In this document: in pieces, positions 43,349-43,893 of the stretch
Numbering within the stretch: position 1 is the first letter of the stretch
How the letters are laid out: every line of letters begins with the position of its first letter
Virus record (IMG/VR): IMGVR_UViG_3300037424_002898
Span: 1-43,893 of that record
Strand: one strand, 5' to 3'
Origin: a virus
Lineage: Duplodnaviria > Caudoviricetes
DNA: 43,893 nucleotides
Made by a program: the position numbers and the translations under genes
The notes under the pieces: generated by a model
Databases searched by the model: none
What the model was told of the DNA's origin: nothing
What the model saw: only the letters and a program-made list of their open reading frames with translations

Positions 43349-43893
43349 CTACCCCGCCGCCTGCAGGCGGCAAGAGGCCTCCGGTTCGGCGTCGACCAGA
43401 CCGTCGCGCAGCCGCAGGGTGCGGTGGAAATAGGTCTCGTTTTCGGGGTTGTGGGTGACCATGACGATGGTCTGCCCCTCGCCGTTGAGTTCCTTGAGGA
43501 GGGCCATGATTTCCGCGGCCGTGGCGCTGTCGAGGCTCCCCGTCGGCTCGTCGGCGAGGATCAGCGGCGGGGCGTTGACCAGGGCCCGGGCGATCGCCAC
43601 CCGTTCCTGTTCTCCCCCGGAGAGCTGGCTGGGGAGATGTCCCTCCCGGCTCGAGAGCCCCACCCGCTCCAGGACCCGCCTCGCCCGCCGGCGTTTCTCG
43701 CCGGCGGCCATCTTCTGCACCGCCAGGGGGAGCATGACGTTCTCCAGGGCGGTGAGGTAGGGGACCAGGTTGAAGCTCTGGAAGACGAAGCCGAGGTAGG
43801 CGCGGCGGAAGTCGGCAAGCCGCTCCTGCCCCAGGGCGTAGATGTCGATGCCGTCGATGGCCACCGAACCGGCGCTGGGGCGGCAGAGGCCGC
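43349..43893 (-). CDS. Host ABC transporter ATP-binding protein (LolD/MacB-like; 5' end outside the window)
   Basis: [27 protein letters not shown]. Confidence 0.95.
   Translation of the reverse strand, partial: GLCRPSAGSVAIDGIDIYALGQERLADFRRAYLGFVFQSFNLVPYLTALENVMLPLAVQKMAAGEKRRRARRVLERVGLSSREGHLPSQLSGGEQERVAIARALVNAPPLILADEPTGSLDSATAAEIMALLKELNGEGQTIVMVTHNPENETYFHRTLRLRDGLVDAEPEASCRLQAAG

Noticed and set aside
1-43893. CRISPR array, tRNA, rRNA, integrase/att sites
   Set aside because: No regularly spaced repeat-spacer units, cloverleafs or tyrosine/serine recombinase motifs were seen.

Overview
Almost the whole window is one complete transposable (Mu/B3-like) contractile-tailed prophage, 127..42739 (42,613 bp). 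It has TG...CA termini and a 6-bp target-site duplication (GAAGGG). It sits in the intergenic region between a host ABC-transporter/zinc-ribbon cluster and kdsB of a high-GC bacterium, by inference Desulfuromonas/Geobacter-like. The minus strand carries ner/cro, DDE transposase, ExeA-like ATPase, gam, gemA, a C4-type antisense/antirepressor module, terminase, a portal-MuF fusion, capsid, tail, baseplate, fibre, lysis genes and a Dam-like methyltransferase. The plus strand at the right end carries the repressor and a lower-GC cargo block. The most novel signal is a RHIM-like motif, HQxxxGxxxIQVGxx[VI], shared by the C-terminal part of a peptidase-less repressor and the predicted cytoplasmic N-terminus of the adjacent membrane protein. 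This suggests amyloid-type homotypic signalling to the repressor. Other highlights: a RexAB-like two-gene defence candidate, a 53-aa stand-alone NrdD glycyl-radical-loop protein, four intergenic TCAAAA-N3-TTTTGA palindromes, a structured methyltransferase leader, and REP-like elements read in frame inside the portal-MuF gene. All family assignments come from motif recognition by eye, not database searches.
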